Shown: positions 50,208 through 62,553, counted from the first letter of the whole stretch. The stretch is DNA of 62,553 bases, filler included, from Nemertoderma westbladi (GCA_032718475.1; 4 parts of 4 records of this genome joined end to end with filler, not necessarily neighbours in it); one strand, 5' to 3'. Notes: generated from the letters alone by a model not told the origin. Translations and numbers: made by a program.

Positions 50208-50307
50208 NNNNNNNNNNNNNNNNNNNNNNNNNNNNNNNNNNNNNNNNNNNNTTAATTAATTAANNNNNNNNNNNNNNNNNNNNNNNNNNNNNNNNNNNNN
50301 NNNNNNN
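50208..50307. other. Assembly gap with TTAATTAATTAA spacer
   Basis: Direct reading. Confidence 0.97.
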
Positions 50308-50308
50308 T

Positions 50309-53300
50309 GAAACCAATAGTACATTAAAAGGTGAGAATATCAAACTACAAAGTGAAATAGGGGAATTAATAGCTGATAAAAACACATTAGAAGAAAATAA
50401 CAGGACTGTTGTTGAATCAAATAGAAGGTTGGAGTTAGAAAATTGTGTTCTCAGTCTTTCCAAAGATCAGGAAGAATTGGGTAGAATAAGTTATTTAGAA
50501 GAAAGAGTTGCCTCATTGGAGAATGAATTACATGCAAATAAAGCAATTGATGATAAAATGCATAAACATCACACTGAAATTTGTGAAGATTATGAAACAA
50601 AAATAAATAAAATTTGTAATCAGAAAGATATTACATTAGAAGAGAACACAAATTTAAAGGATTTAAACATTGCAGCGAATGTTAGGTTAGTGGAACTTGA
50701 GAGGGAAGTAGAAAGACTTACTGAGACTAATGTTGTACTTGCAGAAATGCACACAAAAGTTGAACATGGTATCCATGTGCAGGCTAATGATGAGACATGT
50801 GACCTCCACAATAAAATTGAGAGATTGGAGAAAGAAGTAAGTGCGCTAAATAATAAAGGATCCAAAGTCTCTGCTCCAATCCTGGATGACCAAATACATC
50901 TTAATGAGAAAGACGATTATCAAAATGAGATACTGGGTTTATCTTCAAAGCTTGCTGATAAAAATAGATGTGTTTCAGAGCTATGGGATAATATCAGCCG
51001 TTTATCTGAAGAAAATTGTGCTTTAGTTGAAGAAAACGAAGCCTTGAAACTACAAATGATATCATTGAACTCAGTTGGGAATACTAGTAGTGCTTTCACA
51101 GAACAACATACAGAATATAAAGATCAATATGTTCAATGTATGGAGTATCTATCAACTGCAGATGTAACTGATGTATCTTCTACATTAAAATACCTTGAGC
51201 AAGAAAATAACACATACGAGCAACTAGTAGATATGCTAAAGGCTGAGAATGAAACATTAATGAAACTCAGAAATAATTTGCAGAGTAGCACAACTGCTGG
51301 TGAGACTACCTGCAATATATATAAGGAAGAACTGAATCTCTTCAAACGGCGTAATGAGCATCTTGTTCTTATAGAGTCAGAATTAAAAAGAAAACTAGAA
51401 ATTTATCGATTGCAGTATGAAGAATTGGAACTTGAGCTTGATAATATTATCAAAGATAATTGCAAAAGGCAAAATACAACATCTGAACATGAACAGATGA
51501 AAAGTAGTATGTACCATGACATTGAGGGTTTGACATCAGAGCTATCTGCTTTGAAGAGTCAGATATTGCAATTACGTGATTCAATCACCAAACTAGAAAC
51601 GGAGAAACGATTTCTACTTTGTGAAAATACAAAATTGAAGGAAGCCAACAAATTCGATAATGAAGAAATTACACAACTTCATCTAAATCTAAATCGGCAA
51701 ACAGACGAACTGGAGCAAATGAAATGCAGGGTGATGGAAATTACAAGTATTACAATTGATTCTGAAACACAAACAAATGATACAGATGAAGGAATTCATT
51801 ATAGTATAGAAGGTTCAGCTTCAGACCTCCTAAAGGTGGATGCCTTCACTTCCACTGATGTCGACAATGATTACATATCCTTACAAGACCAACTTAGACT
51901 AGCCGTACAAGCGTGTTCCACTCTTAAGGAGAAGAACAGCGACTTACTAAAGCAAATTACTGTTTTAGAGAATGTCAAAATCAGTGCAGAAAATTACAAT
52001 GTCAATCTGGAAATGCAGTTGAAAGAATATAGTGATAATGCAAAGTTGGGGCACAAAGATTTAGAGATGGCTGATTTCGAAAAGACAATAACTAAACTTA
52101 ATTTTGAAAGACAAGAAAAGGAATCTGAATGCATTGAGCTCAATAAGCTATTAAAAATAATGTCTGAAAAATATAACAATGAGAAGGAAAACGCAACTTC
52201 TGCTAATAATTTAAAAGATAAACTGGAAAATAAAATCTCAAAAATGAAACTTTTTTTGAATAAAAGCAAACATGAAATTTCTGAAATGAAAACAAGGGAA
52301 GCTGAATTACAGAGAGCTGTGGAGGAATTGAATACTGAAATAGAAATAAAACAACAAAATATAGAAAATATTAAATGTGAATTAATTTCTTCATTTAATG
52401 ATAAAAATGATATGGCTCGAACGCATAAAGGCCTTCAATTGGAACAGAACACAATATTATCACGACTAAACATGGAAATGGGAAAATTAGTAACTGAAAT
52501 AGAGACAAAGGATAACCACCTGAAACATGTCAATGAAGAATTTGAGAATTACAAAGTCCGGGTCTGCTCAGTTTTAAAGCAGCAGAAATCAAAAACGCAA
52601 GAACTAAAAGAACAGGATTTGTTAGAAGCAAACACTGACCTGAATAAACTCGTAGACGATTTACGAAAGAGTATAGAAAATATGAAACAAGATTTGTCTT
52701 TATCTGAAAACAAAAACAAATATCTTCACGGCAAAGTAGAAGACTTGTCCAGGGAGCAGATTGAAGCAATACAAGAAAAGTTGGAAATAGAAAACGACCT
52801 GAAAGTATTGTTAGGGGAAATGGAACAGAAGTATAATTCATCAGTTCGAGAGATGCAAGAGAAACTTAGTATAAATGTGAAACGTTGTCAAGATTATGAG
52901 GATAATATTAAGGCTTTAAAAGATAAGCTCGTTACAATACAACAAGATAATTCTTTACTACTTGCTGAGTCAAAGGAAAGAAGTAAAAATAAACGTGTTA
53001 ATTGCTCGCAGACGGCAGTAGTTACTGATGAGACATCTGGGTCCGCTACTCCCACTGACATGGCCCTTGTTGAACGTCTTGAGGCTGAAGGCCAGGAGGC
53101 TGATGTTGCTGATACCCTAACCCTATTGCCACAACCGAAACTTTCTGACAGGGTGACGATGAATCCTGCCGTGTTGGAGGATGTCTCTCCTGTAATTAGC
53201 CTAGAACAACTGTTAGTACAAGATATCGCAGATGACGAGGAATACCCAGGTGGTGGTTCCAAACTGGGTAAACATTCCTCGACACCTTTGGAACACGTGA

Positions 53301-53617
53301 ATGCCTTGTTACGGGAGAGCGAAGCGTCCATAGCGCAATTGGTAGAACAGGCTACTATACTGAAAGCCGAGATCCGGAGGTTGGAACGAAACCAGGAACG
53401 CCATAAATCCATAGCTAATATGGAGTATTTGAAAAATATAATTCTGAAGTTTGTTTCCCTTCCGATTGGTGACGAGAGACAACAATTGGTGGCGGTTTTA
53501 GATGTTATGTTGAAGTTCAGCAAGGAAGAGCGACAGCAATTGTATAGTCAAGCGACCTCCGCGGAAACTGACCCTGGTTGGAGTTCTTATTTATATAAAT
53601 TTACAGGTATTCTATAA
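50309..53617 (+). CDS. GCC2: GRIP and coiled-coil domain golgin GCC2/GCC185 (5' end lost in the gap)
   Basis: Open from the gap edge; long coiled coil, EFENYKVRV.SVLKQQK, GRIP domain NMEYLKNIILKFV...VMLKFSKEE and terminal GWSSYL. Confidence 0.9.
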   Translation, partial: ETNSTLKGENIKLQSEIGELIADKNTLEENNRTVVESNRRLELENCVLSLSKDQEELGRISYLEERVASLENELHANKAIDDKMHKHHTEICEDYETKINKICNQKDITLEENTNLKDLNIAANVRLVELEREVERLTETNVVLAEMHTKVEHGIHVQANDETCDLHNKIERLEKEVSALNNKGSKVSAPILDDQIHLNEKDDYQNEILGLSSKLADKNRCVSELWDNISRLSEENCALVEENEALKLQMISLNSVGNTSSAFTEQHTEYKDQYVQCMEYLSTADVTDVSSTLKYLEQENNTYEQLVDMLKAENETLMKLRNNLQSSTTAGETTCNIYKEELNLFKRRNEHLVLIESELKRKLEIYRLQYEELELELDNIIKDNCKRQNTTSEHEQMKSSMYHDIEGLTSELSALKSQILQLRDSITKLETEKRFLLCENTKLKEANKFDNEEITQLHLNLNRQTDELEQMKCRVMEITSITIDSETQTNDTDEGIHYSIEGSASDLLKVDAFTSTDVDNDYISLQDQLRLAVQACSTLKEKNSDLLKQITVLENVKISAENYNVNLEMQLKEYSDNAKLGHKDLEMADFEKTITKLNFERQEKESECIELNKLLKIMSEKYNNEKENATSANNLKDKLENKISKMKLFLNKSKHEISEMKTREAELQRAVEELNTEIEIKQQNIENIKCELISSFNDKNDMARTHKGLQLEQNTILSRLNMEMGKLVTEIETKDNHLKHVNEEFENYKVRVCSVLKQQKSKTQELKEQDLLEANTDLNKLVDDLRKSIENMKQDLSLSENKNKYLHGKVEDLSREQIEAIQEKLEIENDLKVLLGEMEQKYNSSVREMQEKLSINVKRCQDYEDNIKALKDKLVTIQQDNSLLLAESKERSKNKRVNCSQTAVVTDETSGSATPTDMALVERLEAEGQEADVADTLTLLPQPKLSDRVTMNPAVLEDVSPVISLEQLLVQDIADDEEYPGGGSKLGKHSSTPLEHVNALLRESEASIAQLVEQATILKAEIRRLERNQERHKSIANMEYLKNIILKFVSLPIGDERQQLVAVLDVMLKFSKEERQQLYSQATSAETDPGWSSYLYKFTGIL

Positions 53618-54450
53618 TATTAATTATAATAATCAGATGATATTTAGGCCTATAATATATATATATATATATAAAACAAAACAGTGACTGAATACCGTAT
53701 ATACATATGTGCATATATATATATAATATAATATAATATATCCATGATGCTCATACAAAAACTATCCGCATAACTTAGTATCTCGTTCTAAATAACTTCC
53801 TGTCGAATTTATTTTTGATTGATTTTCCCCCATTATTATTATATTTATTGTTCGTTTTTGGTTGATTTGTATTTGTTTGGTGCAAATTTAAAAAGAAATT
53901 GATAATTTCAGGCCAACTATTATTTAATTAACATCCGGGTTATATATAATAAAAGTAATTAAAACTAATATTAGTTAATTATTACCAAAAGGTAAACTGT
54001 TATATAAAACAATAACTTCTATCTACTGTAGTTATGTTAATTAATTATATACTTATATCCTAACGGAATGCCAAATAATTTATTTTACTACATTTCGTCT
54101 AAACGCCATATATTGTGAAAACCTTTAATGGGTAAATTACTATATTTCCTTGTTACTTTATTTACTTGGTACTTTGGTACTTAATTATTTTGGTGGCTGT
54201 TTTATATTATCCTTGGAGCTGTGCTGAGTAACTCGACACGACATGTGCCTTAAATTAATACAAAAGTTGAATATATATTTGTGTGCTGTGGGGTGGTTTG
54301 CCATTTGGCTATACGATATTAACCTTAATGTTCATTACAATCCAATGAGCCGGGGTAAAATTATCGTCGACTATCCAAATATATAAATACTATTTCATTG
54401 GGAAAGAGTTTCGCGGCTCAATAACAATTATTGTTTATACTTCAGAGCGG

Positions 54451-56110
54451 CTAAATAATATTCCACCCATCTACACTCTCGCTTGTACTAAATAATATTC
54501 CACCCATCTACACTCTCGCTTGTACTAAATAATATTCCACCCATCTACACTCCCGCTTGTACTAAATAATATTCCACCCATCTACACTCTTGTACTAAAT
54601 AATATTCCACCCATCTACACTCTCGCTTGTACTAAATAATATTCCACCCATCTACACTCTCGCTTGTACTAAATAATATTCCACCCATCTACACTCCCGC
54701 TTGTACTAAATAATATTCCACCCATCTACACTCTCGCTTGTACTAAATAATATTCCACCCATCTACACTCTCGCTTGTACTAAATAATATTCCACCCATC
54801 TACACTCCCGCTTGTACTAAATAATATTCCACCCATCTACACTCTCGCTTGTACTAAATAATATTCCACCCATCTACACTCTCGTACTAAATAATATTCC
54901 ACCCATCTACACTCTCGCTTGTACTAAATAATATTCCACCCATCTACACTCTCGTACTAAATAATATTCCACCCATCTACACTCTCGCTTGTACTAAATA
55001 ATATTCCACCCATCTACACTACACTCTTGTACTAAATAATATTCCACCCATCTACACTCTTGTACTAAATAATATTCCACCCATCTACACTCTCGCTTGT
55101 ACTAAATAATATTCCACCCATCTACACTCTCGCTTGTACTAAATAATATTCCACCCATCTACACTCTCGCTTGTACTAAATAATATTCCACCCATCTACA
55201 CTCTCGCTTGTACTAAATAATATTCCACCCATCTACACTCTCGCTTGTACTAAATAATATTCCACCCATCTACACTCTCGCTTGTACTAAATAATATTCC
55301 ACCCATCTACACTCTCGCTTGTACTAAATAATATTCCACCCATCTACACTCTCGCTTGTACTAAATAATATTCCACCCATCTACACTCTCGCTTGTACTA
55401 AATAATATTCCACCCATCTACACTCTCGCTTGTACTAAATAATATTCCACCCATCTACACTCTCGCTTGTACTAAATAATATTCCACCCATCTACACTCT
55501 CGCTTGTACTAAATAATATTCCACCCATCTACACTCTCGCTTGTACTAAATAATATTCCACCCATCTACACTCTCGTACTAAATAATATTCCACCCATCT
55601 ACACTCTCGCTTGTACTAAATAATATTCCACCCATCTACACTCTTGTACTAAATAATATTCCACCCATCTACACTCTTGTACTAAATAATATTCCACCCA
55701 TCTACACTCTTGTACTAAATAATATTCCACCCATCTACACTCTTGTACTAAATAATATTCCACCCATCTACACTCTCGCTTGTACTAAATAATATTCCAC
55801 CCATCTACACTCTCGCTTGTACTAAATAATATTCCACCCATCTACACTCTCGCTTGTACTAAATAATATTCCACCCATCTACACTCTCGCTTGTACTAAA
55901 TAATATTCCACCCATCTACACTCTCGCTTGTACTAAATAATATTCCACCCATCTACACTCTCGCTTGTACTAAATAATATTCCACCCATCTACACTCTCG
56001 CTTGTACTAAATAATATTCCACCCATCTACACTCTTGCTTGTACTAAATAATATTCCACCCATCTACACTCTCGCTTGTACTAAATAATATTCCACCCAT
56101 CTACACTCTC
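54451..56110. repeat. 37/33-bp tandem array (~45 units, runs into the gap)
   Basis: Unit CTAAATAATATTCCACCCATCTACACTCTCGCTTGTA. Confidence 0.97.
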
Positions 56111-56210
56111 NNNNNNNNNNNNNNNNNNNNNNNNNNNNNNNNNNNNNNNNNNNNTTAATTAATTAANNNNNNNNNNNNNNNNNNNNNNNNNNNNNNNNNN
56201 NNNNNNNNNN
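56111..56210. other. Assembly gap with TTAATTAATTAA spacer
   Basis: Direct reading. Confidence 0.97.
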
Positions 56211-57945
56211 AAAAGAAAGTATCAGATTCAAAGGATTTACAATTCGGGAGGTAGAAGTTTGAAGCACTAGCTCTGGTACTGTAAGAGTGTGTATCGCGTA
56301 CTCTGTTGAATTTTTGTTTTAGGTAATTGGGACATTTACCATTATACACTTTATGCACATGGTTAAGGCGTAGCTGCTTAACTCTACTATCTAAGTTAAG
56401 TAGTCCAGATTCAGAAAAGTCATCTGGAGTTAGGTGGTGCCTAGGTTTGTAGTCTTTAATAAATCGTACTACTTTATTCTGAGCTACTTGTAATTTACAT
56501 TTAAGCTGTTTGGTTAAGCCTTCATACCAAGAAGAGCATGCATAGTCCATGTGACACTGTATTAAAGAAGTGCAAAGTAACTTGCGGGAGTCGGTGTTTA
56601 AACTATTTTTATTTCTGTATAGAAACCTAAGCCTACTGTTATAACTTTCGAGAAAATATTTTTCACTGTACTTTCTCCTGATAAGCAGTTATCCAATGTG
56701 GCGCCTAAATATTTAACTTCCTTTTTATTTTCAATCTTATGTCCATTACTAGTGACTTCAAACTTAGTTACCTTCTTTAACTTTCTTTTGGAACCAAACA
56801 AAATACATTCAGTCTTACCGTAGTGAATGGATAGCTTATTATCAACCAACCACTCATTACAGGATTCTAGAACTGCACTTAACTTTTGGGAAATATGGAT
56901 AGGATCTTTATGAGAGAAAATAAGAGCACTGTCGACGGCATATAAAATGAGTTTAAAATCGGGATCTATACTACTTATCATATCATTTACATAGCATACA
57001 AAAAGCAGAGGACCTAATATATTACCTCGCGGTACACCACAGGTGATCTCTTGTACAGTAGACTGCGATTTGCTAATGACTACAGTTTGACCTCTGTCTG
57101 ACAGGTAGGACTTGAACCAGTCTATTTAACCTACACCCATCAGGCCTAACTTACCAAGCAGAATTTCGTGATCTACAGTATCGAAAGCCTTTTGTAGGTC
57201 CAACATTACCATACCAGTATATAAACCCTTTGCGTTATTACATCTAATTGTATCAGTTAAGTTAATAAGGCAGGTGTCTGTAGAATATGATTTACGAAAG
57301 CCGGACTGAAGTTCATAGATCAGATTTAGCCTACTAAGATGTGCTTCCAGCTGTAGAAAAACAGAACGTTCTAGAATTTTAGATACAATACTTAAGATAC
57401 TAACAGGTCTGTAATTACAGGGTTCTACTTTACTATTCTTTTTATACAGAGGAACAACCTTAGCTAATTTCAGTTCGTCTGGTACTACATTATCTACGAT
57501 AGAGTAATTAATAATAAAAGTAATAGGCACTTTAAGTACTTCAGCACCATCCTTAAGAAAACGGGCAGGTATTAGGTCTAGACCGGTACTTTTTGAGGCT
57601 GATGGCTAAGTAGATTTTGAAAAACGAAATCCTCAGAAACGGGTTTTAAAAATAACTTTAAAAAAACTAACAATAACTTAAAAATAACCTAAAGATTTTA
57701 GGGTAGACCATTGACTTTTAGGATTATCTTTATTCTCACTTATTTTGTTGTACAAATATTCAGATTTAGCTTTTTTTATTTCCCGTTGGACAAGGTTTCT
57801 ATATTTGCAGTAATTATTATAATCAGCTAAAACACGGTATTTCCTAAATTTATACAAATAGTTATCTCTTTCTCTGATATTACTAAGAATACCCGAGGTC
57901 ATCCAGGGCTCAGTGCGTTGTTTAAGACTAATTTCTTTTACTAAC
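56211..57945 (-). mobile_element. CR1-group LINE ORF2 relic
   Basis: EPWMT, NYRPVSIL, QSGFR, DLQKAFDTVDH, GVPRGNILGPLL, mutated YAVD (YADD), KYLG and DYACSSW; frameshifted. Confidence 0.9.
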
Positions 57946-57954
57946 TGACTTGAC

Positions 57955-58270
57955 TAATTTCAAAAAGTTTACCGATTATAGTAGAAAGCGCAATAGGTCG
58001 ATAATTGCCGCTATCTATCAGTGAGAGAGCCGTTCTTATCTTTCAAGACTGGTAATATTAAAAGATTGTATTAAAGCCATAGGGATAAAACCGTGAGTAA
58101 ATATACAAGAAAATAATAAGCTTAATAAAATAGGAAGCCGAGACGGCGCATAAATAATATTTTCAGAAGAGACCTGGTCAGGTCAGGGCCAGCCGCTTTA
58201 TTGCACGAAAGTTCACCAATTGCACTACTTATTTCTTTAGCATTTAGCTTACTAACATCATCTGAACTAC
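57955..58270 (-). mobile_element. Fragment of a different LINE (RTE-X-like RT N-terminal region)
   Basis: KAAGPD...SLLFSCIFTHGFIP...PVLKDKNGSLTD..NYRPIALSTIIGKLFE, with frameshifts. Confidence 0.7.
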
Positions 58271-60273
58271 CACGCCGATTTTATAAATCGGGGAATATAG
58301 ACAGATATATTACAAAGAGGAATGTAGTGAGTACTAAAGTAAAAATATCATGATGTTTGCATTGGTGAAGCACGATAGGCCTTATTGGCGAATTAATGTG
58401 CAATATATACATAGAGTTTAATATAATATACCGGTTCCGGTATATATATATATACCGGTTCCGATATATATATATATATATACTACAATACAATATATAA
58501 AAACATCAATCTATGTTCCAACAAAGAAATCAGAAAAACTTCATGAAAATTGTATCAAAGAAAGCCTTTAAGGCTAAACCAAATATTAAACACGAATATA
58601 ATGGAATGAATGATCTTTATATATACAAGAATTTAGCGAATATCTATATGTACTAAGGCAATCTATATTAATAGGAAGCGTAAATATATACCGTACCTGT
58701 GAGGGTTTGTAGGACCGAAGGGAATATATATATATGTGCCTAAAAATATAGGCGAATAATAGTGTATCTGTATATATATTAGTCGTGTCAAAGTTAGTTG
58801 AAAAAAATTAATAAACAATATAATAGATAGACCAAGTAATTATTATAAGAGTAGAGGTGTCAGACACTTAACTCCGAGAAAATGAAACTAATTCAAATCT
58901 GAGTAAAAAAAGATTAAAGGTATAAGTTACAAATGCAAAGTAAAGAAAACAAAAACCAGATACATAAATCTGCTACTATGCAGTGAGAGACATTGCTTTT
59001 GGGCGAAAGAAAGCATAAATTGTGACAATCAGTCCAACATTTGTGTTGTCGGTGCCAGTGTAAATAAATATATTTAGGATACATCCACGTTATTAATAGT
59101 TAACATAACAGTACCTACCGCAAGCATTCCAGATAAACATACAATTCCAACACTGGCACCGACAACTTTTAGTTTATATACCTGTGTTCGTAACGTGTTG
59201 GCTGTTGGTAGGAACTGATACCATTGCAGTACTACAGAATACAGAAGAACTAATATTAATCCCCATGTCTCTAATCTGGGTAAATAGAACTCAAAATTAT
59301 TAAATTGGAAATATTAATGAATAACTGCGTAATGTTGTAAATAGAGTCTATAAAAGCTTATTAAGGGAATCTTCCACTACTTGGTACACACGATATATTT
59401 ACATACGGTTCCTGCCACCTTTCCAAACTAAAAATAAAAATTTCTGCAGGTGACATTTATGCAAATAATGAAACCAGAATGAAGAAACTCCAATATATAG
59501 TGACCTAAAACAGATTCCTTAAAAGCGAAACCAGCACTTTTTATACTAAACTTAGCGAACCAGAAAGAGCAGTAAATAAAGAATAACATTGCGGGATATA
59601 AAGATGCAATTGGATTGGCTATATACTATTGGATAGCTCTACAGCCGTTTTCTATGCTTAATATAACAATAATTTATCCATGATAATAGACAATGCGATA
59701 CCCAATGAAGCAGGGAATTTATCGGCTCAAAATCACAAAAATGGCCAAATTGGTTTTGATTAAATTTTAAAAGAATAAAAGGAATGTCGATGTATACATT
59801 TATATACACATACGATATGTATTGTATATAGATATACATTCGATTATGTATTGTATACATACATTCGATATCGATATGTATTGTATATAGATATACATTT
59901 GATATGTATGATATAACAGTGTAAACGTCGTTTCGGGTAGATATTTTCCCATCGCATCGTTAAAGAGTACAGGTATTGGGAGACAACGAAGTCCCAACGA
60001 TGTAAAATTGTGGGTCTGTAATGCCAGTACCGGTACCGACAAAGAAACAACTGTAATGCGTCAATACCCGCCTGGTTATTATACCAGAAGATACTTACAA
60101 AATTTATTCTGTTCTAATTCTGTTAAAATTCTATTCAGTTATTATTTATTTATTTAAATTGACCTCCTTTGGACACTTTTTGTGACTTTGGCCCTTCCAG
60201 TTATATATTGATTTACACCAGTAGAACATTGTAAATCGTTGCTGCTTTACTTACAATAGTACTACGACGTATT

Positions 60274-62127
60274 TCACATGCCGCTTTTAGAGAAACTAAC
60301 ACGTAAATTCTGGTTCTCCCCGAGCTGGTAGTTGTGCATCGATATGAGACCGTGGAGCGCTTCCTCCACATTGGCCAGCTGAATCAACGCCATCTTGTGG
60401 TCGCGAGCGAAGAAACGAAACTCGAGAACGACGAGCCCGGCCTCCTCAAATGCTTTACGGATGTCGTCCTCGGTGGTGTGGTCCGGGATGTTGGACAGAT
60501 GCAGACAACTAGATGGCTGGTAGATATTCTGGTAGTTCTTAGAACCCGGTTTCTTGAACCGATGTAGAGTGGAGCCGGAGTAATCCTTGGTCATCGCCGT
60601 GTCGTTGGGATGACCTTCTTTGGGCATCTGAACGCTGACGTATTTGGAGACAACCACCTTCATTTCTTTATCATACAAAGTCTGCCCATTAAAGAATTTC
60701 GCGCATATTTGAGCTTGAGTGGGGTCTGCCATCTGTACCAAGCCATTATCGGGTTTCGCGTAGAGAATCTTCACCCGATGTACATCTCCGTAGACGCCGA
60801 ACAGCGTAAACAACGCGTCGGGAGTGATCCGCGTCGCGTTCAGGTTGCTCACGTGCAGCACGCAGCCGATGTTGCCACCTTGAGGCTGCGGGAACCCTCC
60901 CGATGTCATCGCTAACGAGCGGAGGTTGGCGAGCGCGGATTGGGTCTGGAAATTAAACGCCGGGAGGCCCACGGGCGAGGAGAAGACGCCCCCCAGCGGG
61001 GGGAACGGGGAGGTCTGGGGGGCGAATAGGCCGGGATTGGAGTGGGCGAATAGACTGAGAGGGAAACCCGCGGGTAGTACGGGTACACTGTTAGTAGGGA
61101 GTCCCGTGGGGAAGGTCATCAAGGGAGTGGGGGGGCCTGCTGTCTGGTTGAAGTCGAGAGGGGCGGGTGGCGTCCCAGACCCCATTGTGTCGTCGCCACT
61201 AGGTTTGGCTGCGGTGTAATCCCAACTCTTTGTGTTATTGTAACGCACGTTCAGGTTGGTCAGCTTGGAGTATTCGATGTGCAGGGTGCAGCCTCCGTTG
61301 TATATATTTTGTCCATCGAGGGACAGCTTGGCGGCCTGGGCGGACGCCGTCTCTTGGAACTGCACCAAGGCTTGCAGTTGCTCGCTCTTATTAAAAGTGA
61401 TAATCTTTAAGACGGCGCCAAACTTTGAGAATATTTCGTGAAGGGCTTCCACGGTGACCTGGTAGTTGAGATTCTCTATAACGGCCCGGAGGACGTGCGA
61501 AGGCTGATCTCCGTCGCCGCCGCTAGAGGCGCTCGTAAAGTTATTCTCAGTTTTCAACTCTTTGTAGGTTGAAAACTGAATATAAACTGGTTTTTGTCGG
61601 ACGACTGGACTCACATACCTGTAGTAGTTGACCACACCGGCGGCAACTTCCTCAGACTCGAGCTCAATAAAGGCCTGATTCTTAGAGCGCAACATAAGTA
61701 CATTGGTAACACGACCGAAAGGAACACCCAGTGATACGATTTCTGACTCAGTCGCGTCAGAAGGAATGTTACGCACATGGACAACCTTGGACTGCGCAGG
61801 GGCTGTTGAGTTTCCTGCAGTTTGCCTGTCGAACTTCGACCTTTTAGCTTCACTTAGTAGTACCTGTGTGGCTATAGTTGGATCACTTGGAATGCCAGTA
61901 ATATCAAGAGAGACGTCATCCGCAGGTTGTGGAAGCAGAACGTCGGAACGTCTTTTGAGGGGATTTGGTGGTCCCACCATAGCGGCAGGACTGTAGGACG
62001 GAGAGGCACAGAGTCTAGCGTCGTTGGACATATTGGGCATTTGAATTCCGTTCATAATTAAAGGAAGGGACATTGCTTGAGAAGGAAATCCCGCCATTAA
62101 CCATTGATGTGCCGTTACAGCATCCAT
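60274..62127 (-). CDS. PTBP1: Polypyrimidine tract-binding protein (PTB/hephaestus), four RRMs, intronless CDS
   Basis: SKVVHVRNIP...LGVPFGRVTNVLML, FSKFGAVLKIITF, TPDALFTLFGVYGDVHRVKIL, LHRFKKPGSKNYQNI, LRVSFSKS; good Kozak context ACCATGG. Confidence 0.96.
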   Translation of the reverse strand: MDAVTAHQWLMAGFPSQAMSLPLIMNGIQMPNMSNDARLCASPSYSPAAMVGPPNPLKRRSDVLLPQPADDVSLDITGIPSDPTIATQVLLSEAKRSKFDRQTAGNSTAPAQSKVVHVRNIPSDATESEIVSLGVPFGRVTNVLMLRSKNQAFIELESEEVAAGVVNYYRYVSPVVRQKPVYIQFSTYKELKTENNFTSASSGGDGDQPSHVLRAVIENLNYQVTVEALHEIFSKFGAVLKIITFNKSEQLQALVQFQETASAQAAKLSLDGQNIYNGGCTLHIEYSKLTNLNVRYNNTKSWDYTAAKPSGDDTMGSGTPPAPLDFNQTAGPPTPLMTFPTGLPTNSVPVLPAGFPLSLFAHSNPGLFAPQTSPFPPLGGVFSSPVGLPAFNFQTQSALANLRSLAMTSGGFPQPQGGNIGCVLHVSNLNATRITPDALFTLFGVYGDVHRVKILYAKPDNGLVQMADPTQAQICAKFFNGQTLYDKEMKVVVSKYVSVQMPKEGHPNDTAMTKDYSGSTLHRFKKPGSKNYQNIYQPSSCLHLSNIPDHTTEDDIRKAFEEAGLVVLEFRFFARDHKMALIQLANVEEALHGLISMHNYQLGENQNLRVSFSKSGM

Positions 62128-62427
62128 GGTACCCGGGATATAACTGTCACCAGTCTGCCAGTGTCTGAGTGTAGTTTCAGTGTTAGTCAGTAGTAGCCGA
62201 GCTGTGTAGTTAGATAGTTATTTATATATACCGGCTGACCGGTATTAAAAGTCGATTAAATAATTAAATAGGCCTACCACCTACTGAAATAACATGTTGA
62301 CCTACCGGTACACAGCATTATGCAAGTTTGCAGGTGGAGTAATGCTGTAATGACAATGTTCAAATTTCAATTTCAACTGCAGAACTGAGTTGAAATTTAA
62401 AACCCTATTTTTTTAAATTAAAATTTT

Positions 62428-62487
62428 AAATTCAGAATTGTAAATTCAGAATTGTAAATTCAGAATTGTAAATTCAGAATTGTAAAT
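62428..62487. repeat. 14-bp minisatellite (~4 units)
   Basis: AAATTCAGAATTGT repeated. Confidence 0.85.
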
Positions 62488-62553
62488 GCAACTCTAAAAT
62501 GACAGGGTGGCAGGAGACCCAAAAGGGCCCCAAGATGTGACAGGCAGGTGTAG

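Noticed and set aside
60334-61996. Short ORFs overlapping PTB (and likewise those antisense to GCC2)
   Set aside because: Shadow ORFs of real coding sequence.

Overview
AT-rich animal (invertebrate-type) genomic DNA made of four contigs joined by artificial N-TTAATTAATTAA-N spacers (18740-18839, 50208-50307, 56111-56210). The central contig carries about 10 minus-strand exons of a multi-PDZ scaffold gene of the MPDZ/PATJ family (PDZ4-PDZ7, reconstructed by hand with GT-AG boundaries; all junctions are phase-consistent except one). Two plus-strand genes are nested in one of its introns: an intronless conserved 284-aa protein and a 2-exon secreted Ly6/three-finger-like protein. The window also holds a 5'-truncated GCC2/GCC185 golgin, an intronless PTB gene, many RTE/CR1/L2 LINE relics, several MITEs and a Penelope-type type I hammerhead ribozyme. 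The most striking observation is that four unrelated kb-scale tandem arrays in the PDZ gene are each built from one unit: the last 11-43 nt of an exon, its GT splice donor, and the first 12-42 nt of the intron. Each unit is amplified about 24-87 times into the intron, and no acceptor has such an array. A fifth array (13430-16466) has the same look and predicts an unannotated exon.
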